From: a virus
Taxonomy: Duplodnaviria; Caudoviricetes
IMG/VR virus record: IMGVR_UViG_2576861733_000002
Coordinates: 1 to 64,000 of that record
Reading direction: 5' to 3' (one strand)
Length of the DNA: 64,000 nucleotides
Shown here piece by piece: positions 36,713 to 46,326 of this stretch. Below the pieces are notes generated by a model, which was not told the DNA's origin, made no database searches, and saw only the letters and a program-made list of their open reading frames with translations. The translations under genes and the position numbers were made by a program. Within the stretch, counting starts at the first letter, position 1; every line of letters starts with the position of its first letter.

Positions 36713-37042
36713 ATGAGAAAAATTGTAATTGCAGCGCTTCTGATTTCACTTTCTGGATGTGATGATGCTAAATCATCCCCCCCACCAATCCCTCCTGACT
36801 ATGATGGTGCAGCCAGCAGACAGGCAGGAACCTGGCAATTAATCGAAAAAATAAAAGACTCCAAAGGGGATGTAACTCAGGTTCTGTTATTTAATACGGC
36901 TGATGGCGAGGTTTGCAAAATTTATACTATTGATGATGATGAAATGCCAACAAATAAACCTCCTGTGCGCTGCTATTCCGCTAATGACTACATAACGGAT
37001 CGAAAACCACCCAAAGAAAACGGTCATAAAGATGAAAAGTAA
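36713..37042 (+). CDS. Lipoprotein moron
   Basis: MRKIVIAALLISLSGC lipobox; opposite strand to the late operon. Confidence 0.75.
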   Translation: MRKIVIAALLISLSGCDDAKSSPPPIPPDYDGAASRQAGTWQLIEKIKDSKGDVTQVLLFNTADGEVCKIYTIDDDEMPTNKPPVRCYSANDYITDRKPPKENGHKDEK

Positions 37043-37360
37043 GCAGCGGCTGTGGTCTAACTATTCGTAAGGATGAGATTATCAGCCATACCAGAAAATA
37101 TTCTGAGAATATTACCAGGAATGTGCCCGGAATCATTTCAAGTAATTACAGAATCTTTCTCTCGATCTTGCTGGTGTCGGTTTAAATTGATACCAGCATT
37201 TTATACCTCCGGGGGCAAAAAACCCCGCCGGAGCGAGGTTTTGAAATTTTTGCGATTGCTTTTAGTCGCTGCCATCGGAGCGCAGCTCTGCCAAGCATGA
37301 GGCAGTTAACCATTTCTCTGGCCCGTTTTCAACGTCACACCGCTTATAGAGCATTTTTTG

Positions 37361-37987
37361 CTAAATTTGATTTTCCTCGTCAATTTCCCGACGTACTGAC
37401 AGAAAAGCTCTGGCCCTGAATATTTCCAGGCACCAGCGAACACGCTTGCGCGCCTCGCCTGTCGTCAGCCAGGGTGCCACAGATTGCAAATCGCGTGATA
37501 TGTCTGAGATTTTGTTGCGGGTGGTGTAATACTGCATACCCACCATATAAACAGGATCATCAGATTTAAACGTCTTAAGCATCACCTTTTCTATAAAATC
37601 CGCATCGTCCTTCCGGGCCGATGCCTCCAGCATTTCGCTGACGCTGTTCGCCCCCCAAAGAAGAGTTTTAGCGCGCGCCGTTGCCTGCGCTCCCCTGAAA
37701 CCTTCTTTATGCGCCTGCGATATTGCCTCGGTGATGCGGGAAAGCTGTTTGTCAGACCAGCCGGATTCTTTAATATCTCCCCAAAGTCGGCGGCTGTTCG
37801 CGAGCCTGTATTCCGCGCGGGTTTTGCCACCAACACAATCCCCCCACACGGTTAAAAGTGACTTTATCCACGCTGACTGAATTGTTGCCAGCGGCGTGAA
37901 TCGCCCTAAATAGCTCTTGCGCGGGGCGGCAGCTACAATTCCCAGTCCTGCAAAATGGTTACGGCGTTGGCGCGGTGTCATTTCCAA
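37361..37987 (-). CDS. Late antiterminator Q (Gifsy-type)
   Basis: Last delayed-early gene before the lysis region; WIKSLLTVWG, C-terminal HTH, KRVRWCL. Confidence 0.75.
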   Translation of the reverse strand: MEMTPRQRRNHFAGLGIVAAAPRKSYLGRFTPLATIQSAWIKSLLTVWGDCVGGKTRAEYRLANSRRLWGDIKESGWSDKQLSRITEAISQAHKEGFRGAQATARAKTLLWGANSVSEMLEASARKDDADFIEKVMLKTFKSDDPVYMVGMQYYTTRNKISDISRDLQSVAPWLTTGEARKRVRWCLEIFRARAFLSVRREIDEENQI

Positions 37988-37993
37988 TTCTCC

Positions 37994-39046
37994 TTACGCC
38001 AGAACGCCGAGCGCTAGCGCCCGGTCCAGCAATTTGATGATTAACTCCGGCTGTGTGCCGTATTTACGTTCGAACGCAGCCACTCCGGCGTTACCGTGCA
38101 GTTCATCGTGATGTTGTCTACAGAGCGGGATGGTGAACGCGTCATGTGCTTTAGTGCCAGTTCCGCCCTGCCCCCAGCCAATAAGATGATGTGGATCGTC
38201 GGCAGGATTGCCGCAGCATGCGCAGGGTTGAGTTTTTACCCATTCAAGGAATTTCGGATTTTCCCATCGACTGCGCTTGGGAAGTCTGAAAAGCGTTTTC
38301 GGAGCCACAGGATCAACAATCAGAGACACCACGGGCTTTTCGCATACTGGTTCGAATCTGGTATCCAGAAGCTCAGTAACGCCGGGGGCAGAGGAATGTT
38401 CGGCAAGAATGCTTGTGGCCGGAACTGACGGGACAATGTCACTTTCAAGCATAACATCTGGCGTGATCAGTGCCGGTAGTTGTAATGCCTTCCGAGCCAT
38501 ATCCCCCGGAACCGCTGACAATACATCCCGGCAAAACGCCCACCAGCAAAGCTCTGGCAGTGTTAATTCATGATCATCCCTGAAATGAAGAAAACCACGC
38601 GCGGCGCGGATAACATATTCGGCGGCATTTTTACTGGCTATGGCAGAAAGTTGTTCGAGAGACTGCTCGCGCAGCTGGTTATCGCAACTCCAGCAAAGCC
38701 GAACCGCCGATGGTGGGTAGCGCAACGTTACCATCTCAGAGTGGTGATAGTCGGAGTGCGACCACTGGCAACCGGCACGCATTCCGCGTAACCAGTATTC
38801 AACACCGTCTACCCCGCCAGCAGCAGCAATAACTTTTTCGTTGGAAAAAAAAGGGGCCAATGCAGGATCTGCAATCAAGGGCTGGTGTGCTGGTGGAACT
38901 TCACCGCTGGGTAAGTGGGCCATATTGACTGGCTCCATCTCCACCAGCACGCGCCCGGATGCAAAGAGCGACATCAGATGTTTGCCGGGTTTCAGCAATA
39001 CGATGCCCATTTCCCTTGATATGGCAGGTTTCAGGAGAACACGCAT
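37994..39046 (-). CDS. DUF968-family protein (C-terminal HNH-like)
   Basis: LTLPELCWWA, WVKTQPCACCG.PADDPHHLIG, IPLCRQHHDELH. Confidence 0.88.
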   Translation of the reverse strand: MRVLLKPAISREMGIVLLKPGKHLMSLFASGRVLVEMEPVNMAHLPSGEVPPAHQPLIADPALAPFFSNEKVIAAAGGVDGVEYWLRGMRAGCQWSHSDYHHSEMVTLRYPPSAVRLCWSCDNQLREQSLEQLSAIASKNAAEYVIRAARGFLHFRDDHELTLPELCWWAFCRDVLSAVPGDMARKALQLPALITPDVMLESDIVPSVPATSILAEHSSAPGVTELLDTRFEPVCEKPVVSLIVDPVAPKTLFRLPKRSRWENPKFLEWVKTQPCACCGNPADDPHHLIGWGQGGTGTKAHDAFTIPLCRQHHDELHGNAGVAAFERKYGTQPELIIKLLDRALALGVLA

Positions 39047-39399
39047 AAAGCATCCTCCTCAATAATAATCTGGCCAGATTCACCCCATAGTTTTGTTACC
39101 CGTGAATCCCAAATGTGCGCATCGTTTTCGAACAAAGCATCAAGGAGCGCTTTTTCAAGGTTGTCTTTATCAGGTTTCACCTGGTGTGGCTTCCCGTTCA
39201 TCTCAGCACGCTTCTTTTTGCTCCAGCTCGCAGGCATCGGCAGAATAAAGGTGATGTGCGCCCCGGCAACGGGCAAGACGACGCCACGGATCCGAACCTC
39301 ATCGCAAAACGCACGATAGCGCATCACCTCCGGTCTTCTTTTCCATTTATCAGAGCGGGTCATACGGGGTTTGCCCATCGGCACAATAGGATAAATCAT
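39031..39399 (-). CDS. rusA: RusA-family Holliday junction resolvase
   Basis: PMGKPRMT, KPDKDNLEKALLDAL. Confidence 0.88.
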   Translation of the reverse strand: MIYPIVPMGKPRMTRSDKWKRRPEVMRYRAFCDEVRIRGVVLPVAGAHITFILPMPASWSKKKRAEMNGKPHQVKPDKDNLEKALLDALFENDAHIWDSRVTKLWGESGQIIIEEDALCVFS

Positions 39400-39590
39400 G
39401 AGCGCCCCCGGAATTTTGAGTCACCGCGACGGGGCGCTTTACCTTCGGGCAAGAATGCGCTGACGTTCCAGGATAGATAGTCAGGCGATAGCGATTTCTC
39501 CGTTTCGACGCCTCTGGCTGTGTATCGAGCAACAAGCTCTTTAGCCTGGCTTTCTGTCAGGTCGGTGTGATGAAACCAGCCTTTTTTCAT
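39396..39590 (-). CDS. Phage hypothetical protein
   Basis: GGAGG RBS; coupled to rusA. Confidence 0.7.
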   Translation of the reverse strand: MKKGWFHHTDLTESQAKELVARYTARGVETEKSLSPDYLSWNVSAFLPEGKAPRRGDSKFRGRS

Positions 39591-39711
39591 GCAGCCTCCT
39601 GGTGGAGACAGCAGAAATCGCTGGCGCTGATAAACGTCAGTTTAATGATGCAATATTGTGGGGTTTTCTGCGCCACGGTTTTCCCTCCGGGCGCAGCAGG
39701 TTGCCAGTTGT

Positions 39712-39954
39712 TCAGGCTGGCGGAGGCAATATATCAGAGATTGGGGAAACGCGGTAACCAGCACGTTCGAGCATCTGCATAAACAGGTTTGGGGTGCCTA
39801 CAATTTCCGATGGAGATATTGGCCTGAAGCTGTACACATCCCCTTGCCTGTACAACAGCGCCTTACAGTTCACGGGCATGTCAAACGTAAACACCACGAC
39901 CCCGTCATCCCGACGGACCAGATCGTAACTGGTCAAAACATCACTTTCCACCAA
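39712..39954 (-). CDS. LexA-regulated hypothetical protein (antirepressor candidate)
   Basis: AAGGAGG RBS; SOS box about 110 bp upstream. Confidence 0.6.
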   Translation of the reverse strand: MVESDVLTSYDLVRRDDGVVVFTFDMPVNCKALLYRQGDVYSFRPISPSEIVGTPNLFMQMLERAGYRVSPISDILPPPA

Positions 39955-40061
39955 TCCTCCTTATGCGCCGTATCGGCGCGGACTCTTATTCTTCTGGCTC
40001 TAGGCCAGCAGCTAAACCACACCGGGGAGTTTTGCCAATGTGGTGAAGCGAGCATTAAATA

Positions 40062-40077
40062 CTGTTTATATATACAG
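40062..40077. promoter_or_regulatory. LexA (SOS) box
   Basis: CTGTTTATATATACAG fits CTGT-N8-ACAG. Confidence 0.85.
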
Positions 40078-40328
40078 TATTTTAAAGAATCAGATATTTC
40101 AACACAAATTAAGAGGATGATATTTAAGATTTTTTTATTTTATGGTTACGTGTAATTTTCGTATGAAACGAAGCGTTTTTGAGATTAAATGGTTGATTTT
40201 GCAAAAATCAGAGGGGCGAAAATCTGGTATTCGCTCAACTCGTAATCGGCTAATCAGATCGATTTAATGATATCGATCGAAAATATCGATCATGCCAGAA
40301 ACAAAAAACCGTCACATAGTTGGCTCAG

Positions 40329-40583
40329 TTATTTTTTGTTGGCTTCAGCCATTTCTACGTATCTGGGGTCATTCGCCCGCGGCAGTTGCACGCTCACCTC
40401 CCGATAATGTTTCAGGCGCTCCAGGAAGTAATCGCGTAAATCTTCCGGCTGCTCTCGCATCACGACTTCCGCAATCACAGGCATGTTCATTCGTTCTTTG
40501 TACGCTACGCCGCTGGCGGCAAGATCCACATTAACCTTGTCGCGTTCTTCCTGCGGTTTGGCTGCTAAATTCCACTCAGACAA
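40329..40583 (-). CDS. holE: DNA polymerase III theta subunit homolog (HolE/Hot)
   Basis: WNLA...[38 protein letters not shown]. Confidence 0.9.
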   Translation of the reverse strand: MSEWNLAAKPQEERDKVNVDLAASGVAYKERMNMPVIAEVVMREQPEDLRDYFLERLKHYREVSVQLPRANDPRYVEMAEANKK

Positions 40584-40656
40584 TTTACCACCCTCGTTTT
40601 GCCTAACACCTTACGGTAGGATAATTAAGTCTAAACCAGAAGGGATAGTGTATCTC

Positions 40657-41118
40657 ATGAACTCGCCTGTTTTTATCACAATCCTCAGCGGTGTCACTGT
40701 GTTCATTGTGGGTCAAATCATTATGAAATGCGCTTTGGAACCATACGTAGCCTTCAAAGAACAAACTGGTAAAATCTCCTCACTTCTCTTGCGGGAACAG
40801 GCAAAAATAACAAATGGGAATGCAAATAACGAACTAATATTTGCATTAAAAGAAGCCGCAGCGGTATTAATCGCGAAATCTAAAGCAATACCTTGCTACT
40901 CATCATTTTCAATGACAGGACTATTGCCGCCTTACAATAAAGTCATTGAAGCTGCACAGTACTTGAACTTAATTGCATCACAGCTGGAACAATATAATAC
41001 CCCAATAACCTCCCCTCCAGATTATGTAAAGATGTCGGTTCTTAAAGGCTTCAAAACTTACTTTTCAAAAATAAGTGACAATTTAAACATCGTTGTCACT
41101 TATGAGATTAAGCCATAG
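40657..41118 (+). CDS. N-terminal TM hypothetical protein (moron)
   Basis: Low GC, opposite strand, one TM helix. Confidence 0.65.
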   Translation: MNSPVFITILSGVTVFIVGQIIMKCALEPYVAFKEQTGKISSLLLREQAKITNGNANNELIFALKEAAAVLIAKSKAIPCYSSFSMTGLLPPYNKVIEAAQYLNLIASQLEQYNTPITSPPDYVKMSVLKGFKTYFSKISDNLNIVVTYEIKP

Positions 41119-41136
41119 ATGGAAGTACGCGTGGAG

Positions 41137-41344
41137 CTACGCGGCTTCCACCTGCTTTGTAATGCACATCTCAGGGAGGTTGGCCCGTACCAGCGCCTCG
41201 GCGAAAGGGGGTGGCACAGCGTTACCACAACGCGCCACCGAATGGTTCGACGTAGCAACGATGCTCGGGAAAATAACTTGTGATCCATGATGCCAGGCGG
41301 AATTTGCCGCCGTGGTACCGGATGGCAGGATGTTTGATCGCCAT
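41137..41344 (-). pseudogene. Deletion scar: Dam-like MTase N-terminus joined to Dcm-like MTase C-terminus
   Basis: RYHGGK...YVEPFGG in one frame; VARCGNAVPPPFAEALVRANLPE (C5-MTase motif X) in another. Confidence 0.8.
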
Positions 41345-41345
41345 G

Positions 41346-42038
41346 TCACTCATGGCCTTCACCGGATTTGCTGGCAGCGCGGTCGAAGCGCTCAATCTCT
41401 GCCGCAATTAGTGCCGCAGCCTTAACCAGGTCGCGGCGGCGATTGGTAGGCTTCCACCAATCAGCAGCCCAGGGCCACAAGAAAGGAGGTTGTCTGTGCC
41501 ACTCTGCAGAGTTCGCGTAGCATGTTGCAGCCTTGATGAGTTGACCACCGCTGTACTGATCGTCATGCTCCGGCGTCCAGCCTTCAACACTCTGCTGGCG
41601 CTGGCGTTCAGCGATGATGTCTGATAGCGCAGGCGACAATATCGCCTCACCCTGCTGGACAGCCTGCACTAATGCCGTAATAAGTTGCGCCGTTGCGGTC
41701 GGCACGTAACGCGCAGCATGCTCAGCCGCAGCGATAAGTTGCTGATTGGTCATAGTCGTAAATGCTCCCGGATTTGGTGTGGAGAAGGGCGCTTTACTTG
41801 TGAAGCGCTGATAATCGAAATCGATGGTCGCGCGCTGGTCGCGGAAAATTCCGCAGCGTCCGTGGCGTATGAGATTGCCTTTGCGAATGGCCTCGCGAAT
41901 GTATTTCTCGGCGGTGCTCCGGTGCAGTTTGAACATATTCACCACATCGCGAGTGGTCAGCCGACCGCGATACCGCGTTTCGTCGATGATCACGTTTATG
42001 CACGCTTCACGTTCTTCGGGGCTGTTTGGTCTGGACAT
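41346..42038 (-). CDS. DUF977-like HTH protein with an Ead/Ea22-like C-terminal part
   Basis: wHTH N-half; AERQRQ...EGWTPEHDD...WPW...WWKP...RRDLVKAAAL phage domain. Confidence 0.6.
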   Translation of the reverse strand: MSRPNSPEEREACINVIIDETRYRGRLTTRDVVNMFKLHRSTAEKYIREAIRKGNLIRHGRCGIFRDQRATIDFDYQRFTSKAPFSTPNPGAFTTMTNQQLIAAAEHAARYVPTATAQLITALVQAVQQGEAILSPALSDIIAERQRQQSVEGWTPEHDDQYSGGQLIKAATCYANSAEWHRQPPFLWPWAADWWKPTNRRRDLVKAAALIAAEIERFDRAASKSGEGHE

Positions 42039-42040
42039 AG

Positions 42041-42469
42041 TTACACCCTCCCTGCGCGTGCTTTCCGGTAGCATTCCTGCCGCAGTCGGGCTAAGTGCGC
42101 TACTTCCCGATCATTGCGCGCCAGAGCCATGATCTCCGTGTATTTTGCTGCGGCCCGGTTGTAACACCCTTTTTCCTCAAGTGCTTTAGCCGCCTCCATT
42201 TGCGGTACCATGATTTTCGGATCCGCCTTTTCTGCCAGGAATGGCAACTCAATGTCAGGAATATTCGCGCCCGGCACCACGGTGTATGTGTACTGAGTCC
42301 CGTTGTGATTACGCGCGAGAATTCCACGCTCCACCAGCTTACGAAGCTGGCTCCCTGCAGTACCCGGTGCGGTGTCGAATGCTTCACAGACATCCCCCAA
42401 AACACAACCGGGTTGCCCGGCAACGAAAACCGCCACGCGGTCAATTTGTGTCACTTTTCTGTTGGTCAT
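42041..42469 (-). CDS. wHTH protein with PerC-like C-terminus
   Basis: HTH followed by AKALEEKG.YNRAA. Confidence 0.6.
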   Translation of the reverse strand: MTNRKVTQIDRVAVFVAGQPGCVLGDVCEAFDTAPGTAGSQLRKLVERGILARNHNGTQYTYTVVPGANIPDIELPFLAEKADPKIMVPQMEAAKALEEKGCYNRAAAKYTEIMALARNDREVAHLARLRQECYRKARAGRV

Positions 42470-42483
42470 TGGTCAAAACTCGT

Positions 42484-43029
42484 TTAGTTGATATACCCTG
42501 CCGCTTTGCGGCGTTTGTATTCCTCCCTCAGCAGCTCCGCTGGGGTTGGTCCACCAGGATTTTTAGGTCCGGCCAGTTGGCGCCGAACAGGTGGAATTGA
42601 GAATCCGTTCTGGATATGTTTCGCCCACTTCGTAAGTAATTTTTCTGCCAGTTTTTTTAACTCCTTCTCGGTCATCTGACGCTCTACTCCCGTTCGCCGC
42701 ATTTCGATGCAAATGTGGTACAGCACTGGTTGCGGCCAGGGATATTTATCACTGCCGGAAAAGCGGTACGACTCGTTGCGCCAGCGTTTGTATTCAGCCA
42801 TCACCGCATCCGGAGTGAGACCAAACGGGTTAGCTCCGCTCTCCGAAACCAGGGCAACAAATTCAGCCAGGTCGGGTGGCCACGTGTTTCCGTCAGCACA
42901 GCGCTCCATGCACTGATTGCACACCAGAGTGATTTGCTTCTCAGTCATTGAACCGATCTGCGCAATCCACATAGCCGAAGGTTCCGTCCCGTTCTTCTGA
43001 GTCCATCGGTTCGAAAATACCTCTCCCAT
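42484..43029 (-). CDS. Replication protein P-like (start uncertain)
   Basis: NTWPPDLAEF motif; follows the initiator. Confidence 0.7.
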   Translation of the reverse strand: MGEVFSNRWTQKNGTEPSAMWIAQIGSMTEKQITLVCNQCMERCADGNTWPPDLAEFVALVSESGANPFGLTPDAVMAEYKRWRNESYRFSGSDKYPWPQPVLYHICIEMRRTGVERQMTEKELKKLAEKLLTKWAKHIQNGFSIPPVRRQLAGPKNPGGPTPAELLREEYKRRKAAGYIN

Positions 43030-43933
43030 GACCTCCCACAGGCGCCATGCCGTCCGCGTCGCCTGCAAATCCGTTTTCTTGCTCCCAGCGTTCTCTGGCT
43101 TCTCGTATCTGCTGAACAGCTCTGGATGCTGTTGGTTCTGCTCGTACTCCCGCATGGTTTTTACCTCCGGTTTCAGGTTGTTTTTTCGATCTCACCAGCA
43201 CGACGTGCCGGGCAAACTTCTGCTCCCACTGGATTTGGGTAAAAACTTTGCTTTCCGATTTCCAGTAGGCAGAGAACTCAGCCAGCTCCGTGGGCAGATA
43301 ATCAGGCTCCGGAAGTTGTATTCCCCACTGGGCGGCGCGCTGACGAAAATCTCTGGAGGGCAGCCAGTGTTCGGACATCGTGAATTTTCCGATCGGCTCA
43401 TTGACGCCCTCCAGGTAACCGGGTGGCGTTGTTTCTTCCGGGGGGACAACTACCAGCTCGCCCGCGTTAAGAGAGGGGTTTTCTTTTAGATCTGTTTCTG
43501 TATCTGTATCTTTATTAGTTGAATTGCCGTTACCATTCTGTTCGAACGGGCTTTCAACACCCGTTGAACGCTCGTTACCGCTGCGTTGGTCCTTCGTTGA
43601 TTTTTTCGCTTTTCTCGCTCTTGCTGAGGCTTTACCGGCTGCTGACTTCTGATTTACAGAGGAACGGACAGCCTCCAGATCTCTTTCAATCCGTTCCTGC
43701 ACCCACTCGGTGCCGTTGTCGTTGAAAAACTCTTTTAACGAGGCTTCAACGGCGCTCCAACGCTCGTTGCTTAGCCGTGCGATTTTTGCCAGACGGTTTT
43801 TGGGGATTGCTCGCCCCGTCTGCCAGTAATTGAACATAAGGAGCAAGTAGGCCCCATGCTCCTCCGTGGACAAATGCATGGTGTCCGCCAGGTAGTCAGC
43901 AATGTAAAGTTGCATGTAAGGCAGCGCGGCCAT
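42941..43933 (-). CDS. Replication initiator (YdaU/DUF1376 + DnaT-like)
   Basis: MAALPYMQLYIADYLADT.HL..EEHGAYLLL, GKFTM...WLPS, QWEQKFA. Confidence 0.85.
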   Translation of the reverse strand: MAALPYMQLYIADYLADTMHLSTEEHGAYLLLMFNYWQTGRAIPKNRLAKIARLSNERWSAVEASLKEFFNDNGTEWVQERIERDLEAVRSSVNQKSAAGKASARARKAKKSTKDQRSGNERSTGVESPFEQNGNGNSTNKDTDTETDLKENPSLNAGELVVVPPEETTPPGYLEGVNEPIGKFTMSEHWLPSRDFRQRAAQWGIQLPEPDYLPTELAEFSAYWKSESKVFTQIQWEQKFARHVVLVRSKKQPETGGKNHAGVRAEPTASRAVQQIREARERWEQENGFAGDADGMAPVGGHGRGIFEPMDSEERDGTFGYVDCADRFND

Positions 43934-43988
43934 GATTACTCCTGATGCCCGGTTTCCCGGACGTGATGGTCATTGGTCAAAACTCGAA

Positions 43989-44543
43989 TCAAAAACATTG
44001 CGGCGCCAGAGTGCTGAGCAGCGCCAGAGCTGGCTCGGAGATTTCGCGAGGAAGCATTGCATAAAGGGACGTAGCGGCTTCCCATATCTCTTTTTCCAGT
44101 CGATGCACTGGCGCGCCGAGTAGCTTTGCCTGGTGCGCTTCCCCACATTCTTTAATTGCGCTGGCCACCAGCTCCGCTTCGGTTTTACCGGATCGGAGAC
44201 CAAACTTTCGGGCAATTTCGATTGGCATTGCGGCTGCAATAGCGGGCAGGAGATGCATTACGTAGCGGTTATATTTTTCAGAGCCACCATCGTTACGGAG
44301 ATACCGGAACAGGTTCATCTTGTTGACCGTGATCCCTCGCCCACCGATGCGCTGCCATTCCTCAGCCACCAGCCGGGCGATAGTTTCCTGTGCATGCCCC
44401 GGTAAGGTTTTCTCCCATACGCGAACAGCATCAAATACGTTCAGGCGTTTCATATTGTCGCGGCGCCGCGGTTCAATCTGATTTTTTGATTTCAGAGGTG
44501 CAAAGGAGTGTTGGTTAAGATTGGACATACCGATCGTTTGCAT
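43989..44543 (-). CDS. CII-like/YdaT-family regulator
   Basis: Follows cro; AIKECGEAHQAKLLGAP motif. Confidence 0.75.
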   Translation of the reverse strand: MQTIGMSNLNQHSFAPLKSKNQIEPRRRDNMKRLNVFDAVRVWEKTLPGHAQETIARLVAEEWQRIGGRGITVNKMNLFRYLRNDGGSEKYNRYVMHLLPAIAAAMPIEIARKFGLRSGKTEAELVASAIKECGEAHQAKLLGAPVHRLEKEIWEAATSLYAMLPREISEPALALLSTLAPQCF

Positions 44544-44545
44544 GG

Positions 44546-44758
44546 TTAATCCCCTTCTACAGGTGGAAATACACTATCCAACGTGCAGGATCGCCCAAGC
44601 TCATTCAGCTTCCGCACGATCAGACGGCACTCTGGTAGCCCTGGATTTCGAGTGCCGTTTTCATAATTGGAAATACGGGATTGTCGCCAACCAAACAGTT
44701 GGGCCAGTTCCTCCTGGGTTAACCCGAGTGCTTGGCGCTCTCTGGCAATATTGTTCAT
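44546..44758 (-). CDS. Cro-like HTH regulator
   Basis: LTQEELAQLFGWRQSRISNYENG; divergent from the repressor. Confidence 0.85.
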   Translation of the reverse strand: MNNIARERQALGLTQEELAQLFGWRQSRISNYENGTRNPGLPECRLIVRKLNELGRSCTLDSVFPPVEGD

Positions 44759-44790
44759 GTTTTCCTCTCGTCTGATGTTTAACCGAATTA

Positions 44791-44805
44791 AACACAAGAC
44801 GTGTT
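44791..44805. promoter_or_regulatory. Repressor operator candidate (OR) AACAC-N5-GTGTT
   Basis: AACACAAGACGTGTT; near-identical AACACATGACGTGTT at 45345-45359. Confidence 0.7.
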
Positions 44806-44863
44806 AGAAAGTCAAGACGATACGTATTTTGTTTAAAAACACGCTACGTGGTAAAAAGCAGAA

Positions 44864-45247
44864 ATGAACATAAACACCTCGATTGCCTTAAGGCTGAAGC
44901 AAATCCGCGAACAGAAAGGAATTTCGCAAGCGAAGCTCGCTGAATTGTGTGGGTGGGTGCAGTCACGTATAGGTAACTACGAGGCTGGGCGCAGAAATAT
45001 TGGTGTCGATGATGCTATTACCATTTCCAATGCTCTCGGCATTAGCCCTTCCGAATTGATTTTTGGAGAAGATCATACGGAGAGCTGGCTAACACCAAGA
45101 CATCGAAAACTGCTTTCTCTTTTTGATCAACTTCCTGAAGCTGAGCAGGACAGGATGATCGATACATTTCAGATACGTTTGAAAGAGATCGACGATTATG
45201 TCGAGCGATATCTCCGCGGGCGATTTAAAGCAGCCGACGAACAATAG
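44864..45247 (+). CDS. Prophage repressor (XRE HTH, no S24 autoprotease domain)
   Basis: ISQAKLAELCGWVQSRIGNYEAG; 127 aa, DicA/Gifsy-like C-terminus. Confidence 0.85.
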   Translation: MNINTSIALRLKQIREQKGISQAKLAELCGWVQSRIGNYEAGRRNIGVDDAITISNALGISPSELIFGEDHTESWLTPRHRKLLSLFDQLPEAEQDRMIDTFQIRLKEIDDYVERYLRGRFKAADEQ

Positions 45248-45268
45248 CTAAAGCCCTTGAAATACATA

Positions 45269-45294
45269 AAACCAGCCTCTGAGCTGGTTTTTTT
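45269..45294 (+). terminator. Intrinsic terminator after the repressor
   Basis: AACCAGC-ctctga-GCTGGTT plus T-run. Confidence 0.75.
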
Positions 45295-45344
45295 ACGTCC
45301 ATTCCCCCCGCATCAACTCCCCAATCGCTACCACGCGAAAATAA

Positions 45345-45359
45345 AACACATGACGTGTT
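45345..45359. promoter_or_regulatory. Repressor operator candidate (OL) overlapping a TTGACT -35
   Basis: Palindrome matching 44791-44805. Confidence 0.7.
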
Positions 45360-45543
45360 GACTTATAAACACGATATAGGTTTAATTATTAACACAGACT
45401 GACATTACCCATCCAGGCAGGATGCCCACGTAAGTAGCTGCCGGCGGCATATGAAACACCGGATGAGATGGCTTTTTTACAAACACGCGCAGCAGGTTAG
45501 TTTCACCGTTCAGCAGCCCAGCTTACGGGCAAAAGAGGTTTTT

Positions 45544-45744
45544 ATGTCTAAAGCACACAATATCCCGAACAGCGGGCGCGCCGTGCCGATGCGGAATTGC
45601 CGCACCGGAGCTGCATGGCTCGTTTCGTTCGATTACCGCGATAACACCTACTGGCATGAACCGCAGGGCAATCTGCGTTTTATTCGCCGCCCGTATGCCG
45701 CACATTCTCTTGAACCGAACCTTGAACCAGCAGGGACACACTAA
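45544..45744 (+). CDS. Early-left hypothetical protein
   Basis: GAGG RBS; PNSGRAVPMRN.RTGAAW phage family. Confidence 0.7.
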   Translation: MSKAHNIPNSGRAVPMRNCRTGAAWLVSFDYRDNTYWHEPQGNLRFIRRPYAAHSLEPNLEPAGTH

Positions 45745-45935
45745 TGGGGACGCTTTTCGCTTTGGTTCTTACCGTCGCCATGACGAATGGTGACTATCAG
45801 GATCTGATAATTGGAGTGTATGACACTGAAGCTCAATGCAAACGGGAGGCTCAGGAGCAACAAATCCCCCCTGACTGCTTTCCGGTAGAGAAGATTATTT
45901 CGGCTGACGACCAACAGCCAGCAGTGAAGATGTAA
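45744..45935 (+). CDS. YebW/DUF1482-family protein
   Basis: LFALVLTV...QD.IIGVYD...QC...C.PVE. Confidence 0.8.
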   Translation: MGTLFALVLTVAMTNGDYQDLIIGVYDTEAQCKREAQEQQIPPDCFPVEKIISADDQQPAVKM

Positions 45936-45969
45936 GCGAGTTTTGATCAGCGTCTAACCGGAGTGAATT

Positions 45970-46326
45970 ATGGAATTTGGACTTAAAAGAGTAATTGCCG
46001 CAGTCCGCGTGGTTACAGCCTTTAAGCGCATTTACAGCGGTGAACCAGTCACTATCACCACTCTCAGTTCAGAGGTGAAATTGTCCGTTTCATACCTCGA
46101 ACAGATTTTCGCTAAACTTCGCACCGCAGGCATTGTCACCAGCCAGCGCGGACCAGGTGGCGGCTATTTTCTGGCACATCCCGATGAGGATATCAGCGTT
46201 GCGGCGGTGATCCGCGCCGTAACCAACATCCCCGAAGACAGTGATTTCCAGCCTGTACTGGAAACCCTCGAAGATATCTCCGTAACACGACTTGCTGCCC
46301 GGCAAAGAAAACGCCTGGCCGCATAA
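45970..46326 (+). CDS. Rrf2-family (IscR-like) HTH regulator
   Basis: LSVSYLEQIFAKLR.AGIVTSQRGPGGGY. Confidence 0.85.
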   Translation: MEFGLKRVIAAVRVVTAFKRIYSGEPVTITTLSSEVKLSVSYLEQIFAKLRTAGIVTSQRGPGGGYFLAHPDEDISVAAVIRAVTNIPEDSDFQPVLETLEDISVTRLAARQRKRLAA

